A stretch of 64,000 nt of DNA. Origin: an uncultured virus (IMG/VR IMGVR_UViG_3300032167_000055). Taxonomy: Duplodnaviria > Heunggongvirae > Uroviricota > Caudoviricetes. The notes under the pieces are model-generated. The model had not been told where the DNA came from, did no database searches, and was given only the letters and a program-made list of their open reading frames with translations. This document shows positions 38,107 to 47,776 of this stretch, piece by piece. The stretch's first letter is position 1; the number at the start of each line of letters is the position of its first letter. The DNA lies in IMG/VR virus record IMGVR_UViG_3300032167_000055. One strand, 5' to 3'. Made by a program: the position numbers and the translations under genes.

Positions 38107-40209
38107 TTACATAAGTCCTTTAGGTTCACGTGTTCTCTTACGTTTTGTTGTTCCGTAAATTTCACTCAAGTTAGGAACCTTTGTCTGTAAAAACGGATCA
38201 ATATAAGATGTTCCAGTTCTTTCCGTGACAATTTCATCACTAAGAAGCTGTCTCTTAATATATTGAACAGACAGACCGAGTCCAGGAGATTTATTATCTT
38301 CAAGAGCCTTACGAATTGTAATAATTGTATAAGGTTCTAATCTCGTACGTGTAAAATCAGGTCTGTCGTAAATGTTTATATCACTTCGTACTAAACGATT
38401 GATAATACATTCACCTGCAAGAGATGACGCTTTAATACCAGAAACAACAAGAAGTTCTACAAAGCGTTGTGTAACTTCATCAATTGTTTGAGGTTCACCC
38501 TCTTTTCTATTACGGTTCAAAAGACCCATCATTTCATAGAGAGGTTTTGTAAGCTCGTTATTTAAGATATTCATTTCAAATACCTTTACATCATCGGACA
38601 ACTCTTTGAACTTAATATATCCACGACCATGTCTCATAAGTTCAAGTGCTTCATCAGAAATAAATATTTCTTTTCCTTCATTCTTAAGTTTAATTTCTTC
38701 CATCTCACCTGTAGTCATATCAACTACATAGAATACTCCACCCGCAATGAATGTATTATAACCATTTTCATCGTCCATTTCATCAACCTTTTCGATTGTG
38801 TTTGGAGCAATATAAATAGCGTAATTATTAATATCTTCTACACTATCATTTTCATCAACCAACGGATAAACTTCTCCAGATGTTAAAGTGAAGTATTTAT
38901 CAAAAGCGTCATTAAACTCCAACACTTCTGATTTTGTTGTAAGTAAATGCTTAGATGAAAGAACGTTCTGCTCAAGCTCTTTTGTAATTTCTTCGGATTC
39001 GAATCCGGCAACACCATCAGCGATATCATAGTTAAGACCAGCTGTTCTACCAAAACACTTAGCACATACATGGTCACCAAGTGCACAGGTTACAGGAGAT
39101 CTGAGCTGAATTGTTTCACCTATAAGATGCGTATCATTATCGGAATCCAATAATTTTAAACTATCATTTTCATGAAGTCTATAATATCTATTATTGAATT
39201 TCTTAAGCATCTTCTTACTATTAATAGTAATATTAAGTAAATGCTTTGTCTCGCAATCCGAAATAGTACGGGATAATCCAAGTGTTTTAGCAAGCTGTAA
39301 TGTAAGCTTACCAAAGTTACCAGCAGTACCCATAACAGTTTTATTCAAAATTAAGGATTTTCTTGCTGCTGAAGCATCTATATATACATAAGAAGGACGA
39401 TCCAAACCACGAATTAATGTAGAATTTTCAATAGGTACTGGCATAATAACACCATCCAAACTAGGCTTTAATCCTTGAGCTATTGTAAATTCAGCAAACT
39501 GTTTGTGCTTAATTCCAGTTCCTGATCGTAATATTGTACCGATAGGGTTTCCTGGATCATTCATGTAGATTTCCAGCTCTTCTTGTAAATATTTATCAAT
39601 AGTGATCTCAATATCTCTAGGTTGCATTGTTTCATCAAAAGTACATTCCATAATCTCTTTAATTCGAGGGTTCTTCTGATACATCTCAATGAACGTGAAA
39701 TATGAGAAATTGAGATTCATAATTAACGAGAAATCCAACGAAATATTTCGAAGTCTGTTACAAACTTTCGAAATACTTTTGTTAATAGTTATTTCTTTTA
39801 CATTGTAATTTCTGAGAACAGTTATGATTTTTGTATTGATCCAGTAATCAAGATCATACTGTTCTTCAACAATAATTTTCGTTCCATCCATGATATATCT
39901 ATCATTTAAAAACTTGATGGAATTAACATGGACAAAGGGTTCCCACAAAATGAGATTAATTATGAAATGACGTAACTGCATTTCATATGTATTCTTGTCA
40001 TCGTTATAAAATTTAAACTTAACAGGATACTCTCTACATTCTTTCTTTTCAATACACCCTTTGATAATCGCATAAAGTTTTTCAAAGAAATCTTCATAGA
40101 TTTCCTCTGTAGCCATGAAATACTCCAAAGTATAACAACTCATAAGAAGTTCTTTAAGATCATCTGTAGAGTTGATAACCGGAATTTCATATACTTGTTG
40201 TTTACTCAT
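38107..40209 (-). CDS. RNA polymerase beta' subunit, C-terminal half, 700 aa
   Basis: Bridge-helix-like YIDASAARKSLILNKTVMGTAGNFGKL, DCET, LRSPVTC...VCAKCFG zinc site, trigger-loop-like EQNVLSSKH. Confidence 0.9.
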   Translation of the reverse strand: MSKQQVYEIPVINSTDDLKELLMSCYTLEYFMATEEIYEDFFEKLYAIIKGCIEKKECREYPVKFKFYNDDKNTYEMQLRHFIINLILWEPFVHVNSIKFLNDRYIMDGTKIIVEEQYDLDYWINTKIITVLRNYNVKEITINKSISKVCNRLRNISLDFSLIMNLNFSYFTFIEMYQKNPRIKEIMECTFDETMQPRDIEITIDKYLQEELEIYMNDPGNPIGTILRSGTGIKHKQFAEFTIAQGLKPSLDGVIMPVPIENSTLIRGLDRPSYVYIDASAARKSLILNKTVMGTAGNFGKLTLQLAKTLGLSRTISDCETKHLLNITINSKKMLKKFNNRYYRLHENDSLKLLDSDNDTHLIGETIQLRSPVTCALGDHVCAKCFGRTAGLNYDIADGVAGFESEEITKELEQNVLSSKHLLTTKSEVLEFNDAFDKYFTLTSGEVYPLVDENDSVEDINNYAIYIAPNTIEKVDEMDDENGYNTFIAGGVFYVVDMTTGEMEEIKLKNEGKEIFISDEALELMRHGRGYIKFKELSDDVKVFEMNILNNELTKPLYEMMGLLNRNRKEGEPQTIDEVTQRFVELLVVSGIKASSLAGECIINRLVRSDINIYDRPDFTRTRLEPYTIITIRKALEDNKSPGLGLSVQYIKRQLLSDEIVTERTGTSYIDPFLQTKVPNLSEIYGTTKRKRTREPKGLM

Positions 40210-40232
40210 TACGGATTCCTTCTTTCTAAATC

Positions 40233-40754
40233 TTAAAATGTGTCAAGACACATATTATCGGATTGTGACTCCCAAACTGATTTCTCATAAGGTTTTATTG
40301 GTTCTCTTTCGATAAATGTATCTTTGTGAATGTCTACAAATAATGATAATGTATCGATAGTTATATGACCTGAATTGTCATGTATTTGAGTCATTCTATC
40401 AATAACCTCTTCATATTTCTTTTTAAGAGGCCATTGTCTTAGTATCTGGTCTATTTCACCAACCATGTTTTCCATTGCTTCAACTTCATATGTTATTTTA
40501 TCATCTTCTTTTCCTGTAGCAATAAGTTCTACATATTCATTAGAACCAACTCCAGTTTGATAAGGGTACTTATTAAGTTGAAGTAATTTATTTGTATACA
40601 TAAAAATCTTTTCTGCTTCACCTTTAAGCTTCTTTTCTTTAACTTTGAAACAATTAGGGTTTCTTTCATTTAGAAACTTTTCAGCATATTCTTTTACTGT
40701 AGTGAATGCGTAGAGACTTCTATCGTATTTTAAAAAGAATAAATAAAACTTCAT
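40233..40754 (-). CDS. Hypothetical protein, 173 aa
   Basis: Same operon as beta'-C. Confidence 0.75.
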   Translation of the reverse strand: MKFYLFFLKYDRSLYAFTTVKEYAEKFLNERNPNCFKVKEKKLKGEAEKIFMYTNKLLQLNKYPYQTGVGSNEYVELIATGKEDDKITYEVEAMENMVGEIDQILRQWPLKKKYEEVIDRMTQIHDNSGHITIDTLSLFVDIHKDTFIEREPIKPYEKSVWESQSDNMCLDTF

Positions 40755-40760
40755 TTAATA

Positions 40761-41048
40761 TCACCAATCTTCATCAAGGTATTCAGATGCAAAATTTGGA
40801 TCATTTTGGCAACACTCTTCAATCTTATCTGCATCAAATACCAAATCAAGATCTTTTCCTTTTCTTAATCTTTTAGCAGCTTTCCTTGCTTTCTTCATGT
40901 ACTTTTCATACTCTTCACTTGTACATCCTTCAATAAATAAAAACTTGTCGACAAAGTCTAAAAAGTTGTCGATTTGATCTGCCATCTCTTTTAGTTTTTC
41001 AGGTTTGATAGCTGCAATGATTTCGTTTTCACTTTTAATCTTACCCAT
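40761..41048 (-). CDS. Hypothetical protein, 95 aa
   Basis: SD GAAAGGA. Confidence 0.7.
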   Translation of the reverse strand: MGKIKSENEIIAAIKPEKLKEMADQIDNFLDFVDKFLFIEGCTSEEYEKYMKKARKAAKRLRKGKDLDLVFDADKIEECCQNDPNFASEYLDEDW

Positions 41049-41063
41049 TTTAACTTATTCCTT

Positions 41064-41249
41064 TCATAATAAATTACTTTTTCCAAGAAGATAATCTTCA
41101 AATTCTTTATCAGACATATTGTTGATTTTATTATATGCCAGTTGAAGATGGGGTTTACATTTGGTATGAATTTTGTCACCATCACAACCATGCCACTCAA
41201 AATCTTCATCGTCTTTTACTTCATTTCCACAAACAAAACAATTACCCAT
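41064..41249 (-). CDS. Small zinc-finger protein, 61 aa
   Basis: CFVC...HTKC; early promoter at 41283-41290 on the minus strand. Confidence 0.7.
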   Translation of the reverse strand: MGNCFVCGNEVKDDEDFEWHGCDGDKIHTKCKPHLQLAYNKINNMSDKEFEDYLLGKSNLL

Positions 41250-41282
41250 TTTGAATCCTTCCTTTCTGTTTTATCTTATAAA

Positions 41283-41331
41283 ATAATATACTTCTAAAAC
41301 CGTATTTTGAGTTAAAATAAAGATATATTAT
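41283..41331. promoter_or_regulatory. Divergent pair of early promoters TATATTAT (minus 41283-41290, plus 41324-41331)
   Basis: Two exact motifs back to back. Confidence 0.7.
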
Positions 41332-41418
41332 TTTAGTGAATAAAAACTTCATAACGCTATAGCACATAACTACAGTGATCTATAGGTGCAAAAAATAAAC
41401 TTCATAAGGAGGGTCATT

Positions 41419-41895
41419 ATGAATAACAAAATTTCTATGACTATCGAAAAGTATCCTGCAACTATTCTTGAAACTCTTGGTGTATCTGAAGAAGTTATTA
41501 GCTCTCTTCTTCCTTTAACAGGTCTTATTCCTATGGAAGAAGATAGTGCATATGCAAAAGTGTATAATGCATACATTAATGAATTAAAGAGACTTGATGA
41601 AATTCCGGGATTACTTGATCTTGATGTTCGTCAGGTATCAGCATTTGCTGGTGACATTATTGGTACTTTAAGCGGAATGCTTACTGAATCAATGAAAGCT
41701 TCTAGAAAAACTGGAAGTGAATTTGATATCTATGAGTATGCGGATGAATGTAACGCAGATTATTTCCACATCCAGACTGGATACATTTACCATATCCAGG
41801 AATATAACCGAGCTAGAAAGTTCGGTTTACCTACTCCTGGTATTAGGGTAAGTCAGGATGGTGTAACTATTGGTTACGCTGAAAGATTGGAATAA
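41419..41895 (+). CDS. Hypothetical early protein, 158 aa
   Basis: SD AAGGAGG; terminator at 41901-41937. Confidence 0.75.
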   Translation: MNNKISMTIEKYPATILETLGVSEEVISSLLPLTGLIPMEEDSAYAKVYNAYINELKRLDEIPGLLDLDVRQVSAFAGDIIGTLSGMLTESMKASRKTGSEFDIYEYADECNADYFHIQTGYIYHIQEYNRARKFGLPTPGIRVSQDGVTIGYAERLE

Positions 41896-42097
41896 AGAAT
41901 AGAGGAAGGTGATTTATACACCTTCCTCTTATTTTTTGTATAAAAGTTACCCTAGGAGCTAAATGACTCCTAGGGTAAACCTTTGGTTTATAAGTTTAAA
42001 GAAATGGAGGATTAATAACGCATAACACGGATCCAACATGAAAGCAGGAAATAGGTATAATCGTTATGGAATATTCACCAAATCTAAGATAAAACTC

Positions 42098-42793
42098 TTA
42101 ACCAATCTTTTTTGCTGCGTTAGCAATCGTAGGAGCCTTAGAACGTCTCAAACGTACAATGTACTCCTTAGCTTTCTTCATAGCCGGAGCCTTATATCTC
42201 TGGCGAAGAGTTGCTTTCAGCTTTCTTCTAAGAACCTGTACCTTAGCAAGCTTGAAGTATACAGGGTCATTCTTAGCACGGGCAATAGCCTGTACACAGA
42301 TTTCGAACAACTGGTTTGTTCTTGCTTCCTTAGTGAAGCGAACCTGGTTCTTGTTATAGAACTTAGCTTCAGTAAAGAGCTCACCAGTGAATGAACCGAA
42401 GTTATCTTTAGTTCCTTCAAGTGCAAATCCTTCTTCGATAGCCAGATCGAACTCAGCGGATTCAACAAAAGCATCTACAGCTTCCTGAGTGAGAACCTCT
42501 TTCAAAATTACGGGAGTTGCTGCAATATTGATAATGGAATCAGCTTCAGCTTCCTCTTCAGGAGTAAGATCCAAACTGTCCGGCTTTTCAAGATCATCAA
42601 CGAACTCACCTTCGATGGTATCATCGTCGCCATCATCGATTACGATATTATTTATATCTTCTGCACCTTCCACAACAGGTTCAGCAACGGGCTCAGCAGG
42701 GGTATTTACAGGTTCCTCTGCAACGGGAGCCTCAGTAACAACAGTTGAAGGAAGGGGATTTCTTAATGCGTCTAAAAAACTCATAGTCGTCAT
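42098..42793 (-). CDS. Probable internal head protein with acidic propeptide and basic C-terminal domain, 231 aa
   Basis: VTEA, VEGA, FVES, FTEA sites; late promoter at 42835-42846. Confidence 0.6.
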   Translation of the reverse strand: MTTMSFLDALRNPLPSTVVTEAPVAEEPVNTPAEPVAEPVVEGAEDINNIVIDDGDDDTIEGEFVDDLEKPDSLDLTPEEEAEADSIINIAATPVILKEVLTQEAVDAFVESAEFDLAIEEGFALEGTKDNFGSFTGELFTEAKFYNKNQVRFTKEARTNQLFEICVQAIARAKNDPVYFKLAKVQVLRRKLKATLRQRYKAPAMKKAKEYIVRLRRSKAPTIANAAKKIG

Positions 42794-42859
42794 TTCCTTT
42801 CCATATATTAAAAGATTTTTAGATTTCTCTAATTTAAATTATTGTTTTCAAATTAGAAC

Positions 42860-43480
42860 TTACTCAGCATCTTTCTTCTTAAGGTTATCAATCTTTTCCT
42901 TAAGTTCATCTGCTTTAGATTTAGTAGCCTTAGCTACTTTCTCAGCAGCCTCTGTAAGATTACTCTTCATATCTTTGAATGCTTCTTTAACTCTCTTCTT
43001 AAAATCAAGAGCCATGTCAAGTTGCTTCTTAACTTCATCAACTTCATCAGAACTAACGTTAAAGTTTTTAGCTTCAATTTCAGCTAATTTCATTTTAATT
43101 TTCAGTTCGATCTTATCCATAGCTTCATCGGCTTTATGTTGAAAACGATAATAGATATCATCATACTTCTGCATATCTTCTACACCTTTCTTCCAAAGAT
43201 TAAGAAGTTCTTTATTGTACTCTTCCATAGCTGCAATAACATCCTTACATTCGGATGCAATTTCAGACTCTTTAAGAGCTGCAAGAATCTTCTTATTAGA
43301 AGCGATAATTGCTGCTTCAGAATAAGGTACTTCTTTAACCTTTTCGTTAAATACTTCCTGAATATGATCAATATCATCGATAGTTGAAGCAGATTCAATC
43401 ATAGCGATAAGATCTGTAACATCTTCCTTGGGAAGAGAACTCTCGAAAACTTTAAGTTTCAAACTGTCTTTTGTCTTCAT
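42860..43480 (-). CDS. Probable helical head protein, 206 aa
   Basis: KLKVFES, IESA, YSEAA; late promoter at 43531-43542. Confidence 0.6.
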   Translation of the reverse strand: MKTKDSLKLKVFESSLPKEDVTDLIAMIESASTIDDIDHIQEVFNEKVKEVPYSEAAIIASNKKILAALKESEIASECKDVIAAMEEYNKELLNLWKKGVEDMQKYDDIYYRFQHKADEAMDKIELKIKMKLAEIEAKNFNVSSDEVDEVKKQLDMALDFKKRVKEAFKDMKSNLTEAAEKVAKATKSKADELKEKIDNLKKKDAE

Positions 43481-43631
43481 ATTTTATATGTTCCTTTCGT
43501 TGGATTTTTGGTAATATAAACCAAACTGGTTACAAAATTGTTTTCTTAATTAAAAGACTGAAAATAAAATAAGAAATAACAATTAGATGGAAAAGAAAAT
43601 ATGTGTCTAATTTGAAATGGGGTGAGTATTT

Positions 43632-43811
43632 ATGAAAACCTATGCCTATGTATCAAAATCATTAATATCAGATTTATCTGATAATCCAAAATATAATTTA
43701 ATAAACGCAAAAACTAGAGAAATATTTCTTCAAAATAGTTCTATAGAAGAAATTAAAAAATATATAAACGATAACGATTTGGTAATAATTGCAGGTAGAG
43801 AATATCTGTAA
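43632..43811 (+). CDS. Small hypothetical protein, 59 aa
   Basis: SD GGGGTGA; promoter AACA-N6-TG at 43578-43589. Confidence 0.55.
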   Translation: MKTYAYVSKSLISDLSDNPKYNLINAKTREIFLQNSSIEEIKKYINDNDLVIIAGREYL

Positions 43812-43972
43812 AAGTACGTATTTTCGTTAAGAAAAATAAACGTATATTATTATAGTGAATAATTGTAAATGACTTTGGTATTGATATAATAAAATATTAA
43901 AGCATATACAAAAATTTAAAATATCTTAGAACGATGTGTCAAACAAAACTAAGAGGAAAGGAGTTTTAGGAT

Positions 43973-44266
43973 ATGAAAGTTGTTAAGAAAGCAAGAAAGA
44001 CTTTTAAGAAAGCAACTAAAGCAGTTGGTATGTCCAGCATGCAGTCCCGTCGTCTGAAGAAGACAGTTAAGGCTATGTCATACGATGTAGCAGTTAACGT
44101 AGCGACTACTATTACATTGGATATTATTTATACAGCTGCAGATGCTGCTGCTACAGGCGCTTGCCTGGTTGCTTCTAAGGTTGCATCTTTGATCCCTTCC
44201 AAGAAGGGCGAAGTTACTGCTATCGAAGAAGACATTGCAGAAGCTACAGAAGACAGTGAGGCGTAA
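43973..44266 (+). CDS. Small early protein, 97 aa
   Basis: Early promoter at 43843-43850; SD GAAAGGAG; Ala-rich hydrophobic helix. Confidence 0.75.
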   Translation: MKVVKKARKTFKKATKAVGMSSMQSRRLKKTVKAMSYDVAVNVATTITLDIIYTAADAAATGACLVASKVASLIPSKKGEVTAIEEDIAEATEDSEA

Positions 44267-44307
44267 AAACCTCACTGTCTTTACAAAACGAAAAGGAGAT
44301 CTACAAA

Positions 44308-44502
44308 ATGAGAAAATATTTTGAAAATATTAAACGTGTTGCTGATCACGTAAAAAGAAACAGCGGTACCTATATTATTATTGGCATTTTTATGTATCTT
44401 TTCTATCAGGTAATGAAGATGGTATGCGATACCGGTAAAACAAAAACCGGTGAATGCTACTATGAATCATTTGATGAAAATGCGACGCCCAGTGAAGAAT
44501 AA
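44308..44502 (+). CDS. Small early membrane protein, 64 aa
   Basis: SD AAGGAG; one TM helix. Confidence 0.7.
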   Translation: MRKYFENIKRVADHVKRNSGTYIIIGIFMYLFYQVMKMVCDTGKTKTGECYYESFDENATPSEE

Positions 44503-44515
44503 GGAGGATAAAACA

Positions 44516-44695
44516 ATGAGACCTAGCCAGAGAAAAGCTAAAAGAGAGAAAAAAGAATTAATGAAGAATGTTGGTATCGGTGCAGGTGTACTTACCGGTA
44601 TTGGTGCTGCTGTTGCAACAGCATACGGTGTTACCAAGAAAAAGAATTCCGGCAAGACAGAAGATCAGCTCACTGATGTTAAAGAAGGTGAATAA
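44516..44695 (+). CDS. Small early membrane protein, 59 aa
   Basis: SD AAGGAGG; G/A-rich TM helix; bidirectional terminator at 44716-44756. Confidence 0.7.
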   Translation: MRPSQRKAKREKKELMKNVGIGAGVLTGIGAAVATAYGVTKKKNSGKTEDQLTDVKEGE

Positions 44696-44759
44696 TTCAC
44701 CAATTATAAATAAAGATAAGAGTAGTTGGATTACCCAACTACTCTTATTTTTTTTTAAA

Positions 44760-46082
44760 TTAAACTCCTATCATTTTACGAACTCTTGCAAGATCGTCTT
44801 CAGAGTATACGTTATCATTAACTGCTTCAGTCATGAAACTGATAACATCATTTGCTTCGTCTTCAGTTAAAGAAGATTCACAAACAACTGCGTCAAAACC
44901 TGACACAATAGTATTTTCTACGCCTTCTTCAATAGGCTCTTCACCTGAAGGCTCTTCTCCGGCGGGTTCTTCTGTTACAGGTTCTTCTTCACCTTTACCA
45001 CCCTTATCTTCTTTAGCCGGTTCATCTGCCTTAGGTTCTTCAACCTTCTCTTCAGCACCTTCTTTTACAGGTTCTTCTTTAGCAGGTTCACCTTCTGCAG
45101 GTTCTTCAGATGCGGGCTCTTCTTTTTTATCATCTTTATTCATTGCATCCGCAATAAGCTGGTCGAACTTCTCCGCCATCTCTTTCTCTTCATCAGATAA
45201 CTTGATCTTCAAAGATTCAAGCTTTTCAACGATAGAACAATCAGCTCCTTCAGTTACAACATCGTTACCAGATTCAAGAGCTTTCATCTCATTTGCTTCA
45301 TCGATCTTAGCCTTAATTTCTGCCTTCTTAACTTCATCATTTTCCTTAGCGGCCTCAAGATAAGAGGAAACTAAACCAGGAAGCTGATCCGGCATAGCAA
45401 CATCAAACAAGAAATTGTCATTAGCCATTTCTGCAAATACTTCATACTGTGTAGAAGTAATGAGACCTGCATTAAATGATTCAGTAATGAAATGGTTGAA
45501 TCTTTCTCTCTGAGCATCAATCTTTTCATTTACCTTTTCATTGAATACTCTAAGTCTTTCAATTTCACCAGAAACAGACTCGAGAACTGTGAGCATATAA
45601 TCTCTAAGTTCATTACTGATGAGTCCCTTGCTGTTCTCTTCAAAAACATCGAGCTTCATAGATTTTATTTCGTTAGTAGTCAACATGATATCATGTCCTC
45701 CTTCATAAACAACTTTACCGCGTTTTAACGCGTCTTTATTAACTTTAACACCTAAGGAATATAAATCCTTAACGCATTTGTCAATATCGGTTTTGGTAGT
45801 TTTCATATCATCCATACGTCCATTAAACTGGGTTCCTTTTTCCTGTCTTTTTTTAGGATCAGAAGCCTCCATCTGGATACGTTTAAGATATTTAACTTTG
45901 TCGCCAAGTAAATTCATTAATCTACCAACTTCAGCACTAACTGTTCCGTCAGGACTTCCTGTAGGTAAATTTTCTCTACGAATTCTTTCTCTTTCAGCAG
46001 CTTTTGCAAACTGCTTTTTAGTTGTATAAATTGTACTGCCGTCTTTAGCAGTAGTTTTTATATATTCTTTTTTACCAAACAT
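44760..46082 (-). CDS. Probable prohead core/scaffold protein, 440 aa, with a possible internal start at 45686
   Basis: Directly downstream of the protease; about 10 hydrophobic-x-E-[SAG] sites; acidic EEP repeats. Confidence 0.6.
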   Translation of the reverse strand: MFGKKEYIKTTAKDGSTIYTTKKQFAKAAERERIRRENLPTGSPDGTVSAEVGRLMNLLGDKVKYLKRIQMEASDPKKRQEKGTQFNGRMDDMKTTKTDIDKCVKDLYSLGVKVNKDALKRGKVVYEGGHDIMLTTNEIKSMKLDVFEENSKGLISNELRDYMLTVLESVSGEIERLRVFNEKVNEKIDAQRERFNHFITESFNAGLITSTQYEVFAEMANDNFLFDVAMPDQLPGLVSSYLEAAKENDEVKKAEIKAKIDEANEMKALESGNDVVTEGADCSIVEKLESLKIKLSDEEKEMAEKFDQLIADAMNKDDKKEEPASEEPAEGEPAKEEPVKEGAEEKVEEPKADEPAKEDKGGKGEEEPVTEEPAGEEPSGEEPIEEGVENTIVSGFDAVVCESSLTEDEANDVISFMTEAVNDNVYSEDDLARVRKMIGV

Positions 46083-46097
46083 AGTTATCTTTCTCCT

Positions 46098-47021
46098 TTA
46101 AAATGAACTTAAGAAATTACTAACTTCATGTTTTGTTTTGGGAGAAATATTAGCATAGATTGTGTTATCACCATCTCTAATAATTGCATGATTGAGATTA
46201 TTGTCAAATCCTACAATATCATCAAGAGATAAATCAAATGCTTCCAAAATAACCTGAGTGTTAGGATCTTTCATACCTGTATATTCCAGAATCTCCTTAA
46301 GAGGAATTAATACATCCTGAGTATACTGGTTTCTGATATCTTCAATTTCTCTAGCTCTGTCAATTCCGGCAGATTCTAAAGATACCAAAGCAGAAGACTT
46401 CATGATAAACTTAGGTTTGCCATCCATATTAGCCTCTTTATGAGAAGGATATAAAACCCAGTCGTAAGTTATAAGTTTTCTTACGATTACATAAGGTTCA
46501 CCTTCAATCATCTGTATACCAGCAATTGCTCTACAACTAAAGGATGGAATGAGACCTTGAATAATCTCATCACAGAAACCTCTACCTGCTTCAGTACCAG
46601 ATGCAGTCTGAATCTTAGCTCTAAGAATGTCTCCATGAACTTCAGGGCATAATATTTTATGAGATCTTCTGGACATTTCAATTGTTTGAATTCTTTCAGA
46701 AGATAAATCCTGGTTTTTATGAAGAGCGTATGGATGATCCATTTCACCGTACCAACTATTAGTTGATAACATGGTTACAATTCGCTCTGCCTTAAGCATA
46801 TCATTAATATTGGGACCCCAATATTTTCTACCGTTTCGATTTATACATCTGAAGGTTTGTAAAACCGTATCGAATTCCGCATATCTCGTACTGGCACTGT
46901 CGTTATATTTCAAATTGGAGATAGTATTATCTGACGGAGAAACCTGTTCAGAAATATACATAAGACCAATATTTCCAGCACTCTGATTACAGAAAATTTT
47001 AGATGATGTTGCAGTCATCAT
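46098..47021 (-). CDS. Prohead core protease (T4 gp21-like), 307 aa
   Basis: NRNGRKY, GEMDHP, SHKI, PSFSCRA, ITYDWVLYPSH; late promoter at 47056-47067. Confidence 0.9.
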   Translation of the reverse strand: MMTATSSKIFCNQSAGNIGLMYISEQVSPSDNTISNLKYNDSASTRYAEFDTVLQTFRCINRNGRKYWGPNINDMLKAERIVTMLSTNSWYGEMDHPYALHKNQDLSSERIQTIEMSRRSHKILCPEVHGDILRAKIQTASGTEAGRGFCDEIIQGLIPSFSCRAIAGIQMIEGEPYVIVRKLITYDWVLYPSHKEANMDGKPKFIMKSSALVSLESAGIDRAREIEDIRNQYTQDVLIPLKEILEYTGMKDPNTQVILEAFDLSLDDIVGFDNNLNHAIIRDGDNTIYANISPKTKHEVSNFLSSF

Positions 47022-47130
47022 AGGTTAAACCACCTTTCTTTTAAATTTATCTGTTTAGAGTATTGTTTTTGTGCGATTTTTACAACTAAAAGAAAAATAA
47101 AGTTCCAAAAAATAAACGTATATTATTTTT

Positions 47131-47384
47131 ATGTATTTAAATACATATACATGTTTTAGGATTTAATTTATCCGGAAACGTAATCTTAAAGTCAAAATAT
47201 TTTTGAAAGTATACTTATGACGTTTATTAACAAATTACAAAAGATGTTAAAGTCTTTTGTAATACCAAACTTGATTAGAAAATGGTATGTTAAAATTGTT
47301 TGAGTATAGACGTTTGAATGGCGGTGGTTCCGCCATTTAGACATTAAAGGATTTTTGGGTTTTGTTTACCCAAAATTCTTTTTT
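47131..47384 (+). ncRNA. Candidate structured early non-coding RNA, ~250 nt
   Basis: Early promoter at 47119-47126, several hairpins and a three-way junction, terminator at 47346-47384; a new promoter at 47390-47397 serves the next gene. Confidence 0.5.
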
Positions 47385-47430
47385 GTAGATATATTATTTT
47401 TTAGTATGTTTACAGAAAGGAGCCTATGAC

Positions 47431-47766
47431 ATGAAAATTACTGATGAACAAAAACCACGACTTAGAGTATTCTTAAGTCACAAGATGAGTGGATTATCAG
47501 AGCATCAAGTACATCAAATTCGTATCAATGCAAAGCATCAAGTTCGTGCTAAGTATGGTAAAGAATACGAAATTACATTTGTCGATAATTACCACCATCA
47601 CAATGTACCAGTCAACGCTGGTAGATTATGGCATTTAGGAGAATCTATTAAAATACTTGATTCTTGCAATGCTGTATATTTTGTTCCAACACATTGGATG
47701 AAAGCAAAAGGTTGTTGGATTGAAAGATTTATTTGCTTAATCTATAAAGTGAAAATATTAAAATAA
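47431..47766 (+). CDS. DUF4406 / nucleoside 2-deoxyribosyltransferase-like protein, 111 aa
   Basis: VFLSHKMSGL ... ILDSCNAVYF..HW.KAKGC.IE. Confidence 0.7.
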   Translation: MKITDEQKPRLRVFLSHKMSGLSEHQVHQIRINAKHQVRAKYGKEYEITFVDNYHHHNVPVNAGRLWHLGESIKILDSCNAVYFVPTHWMKAKGCWIERFICLIYKVKILK

Positions 47767-47776
47767 ATGAACAGGA

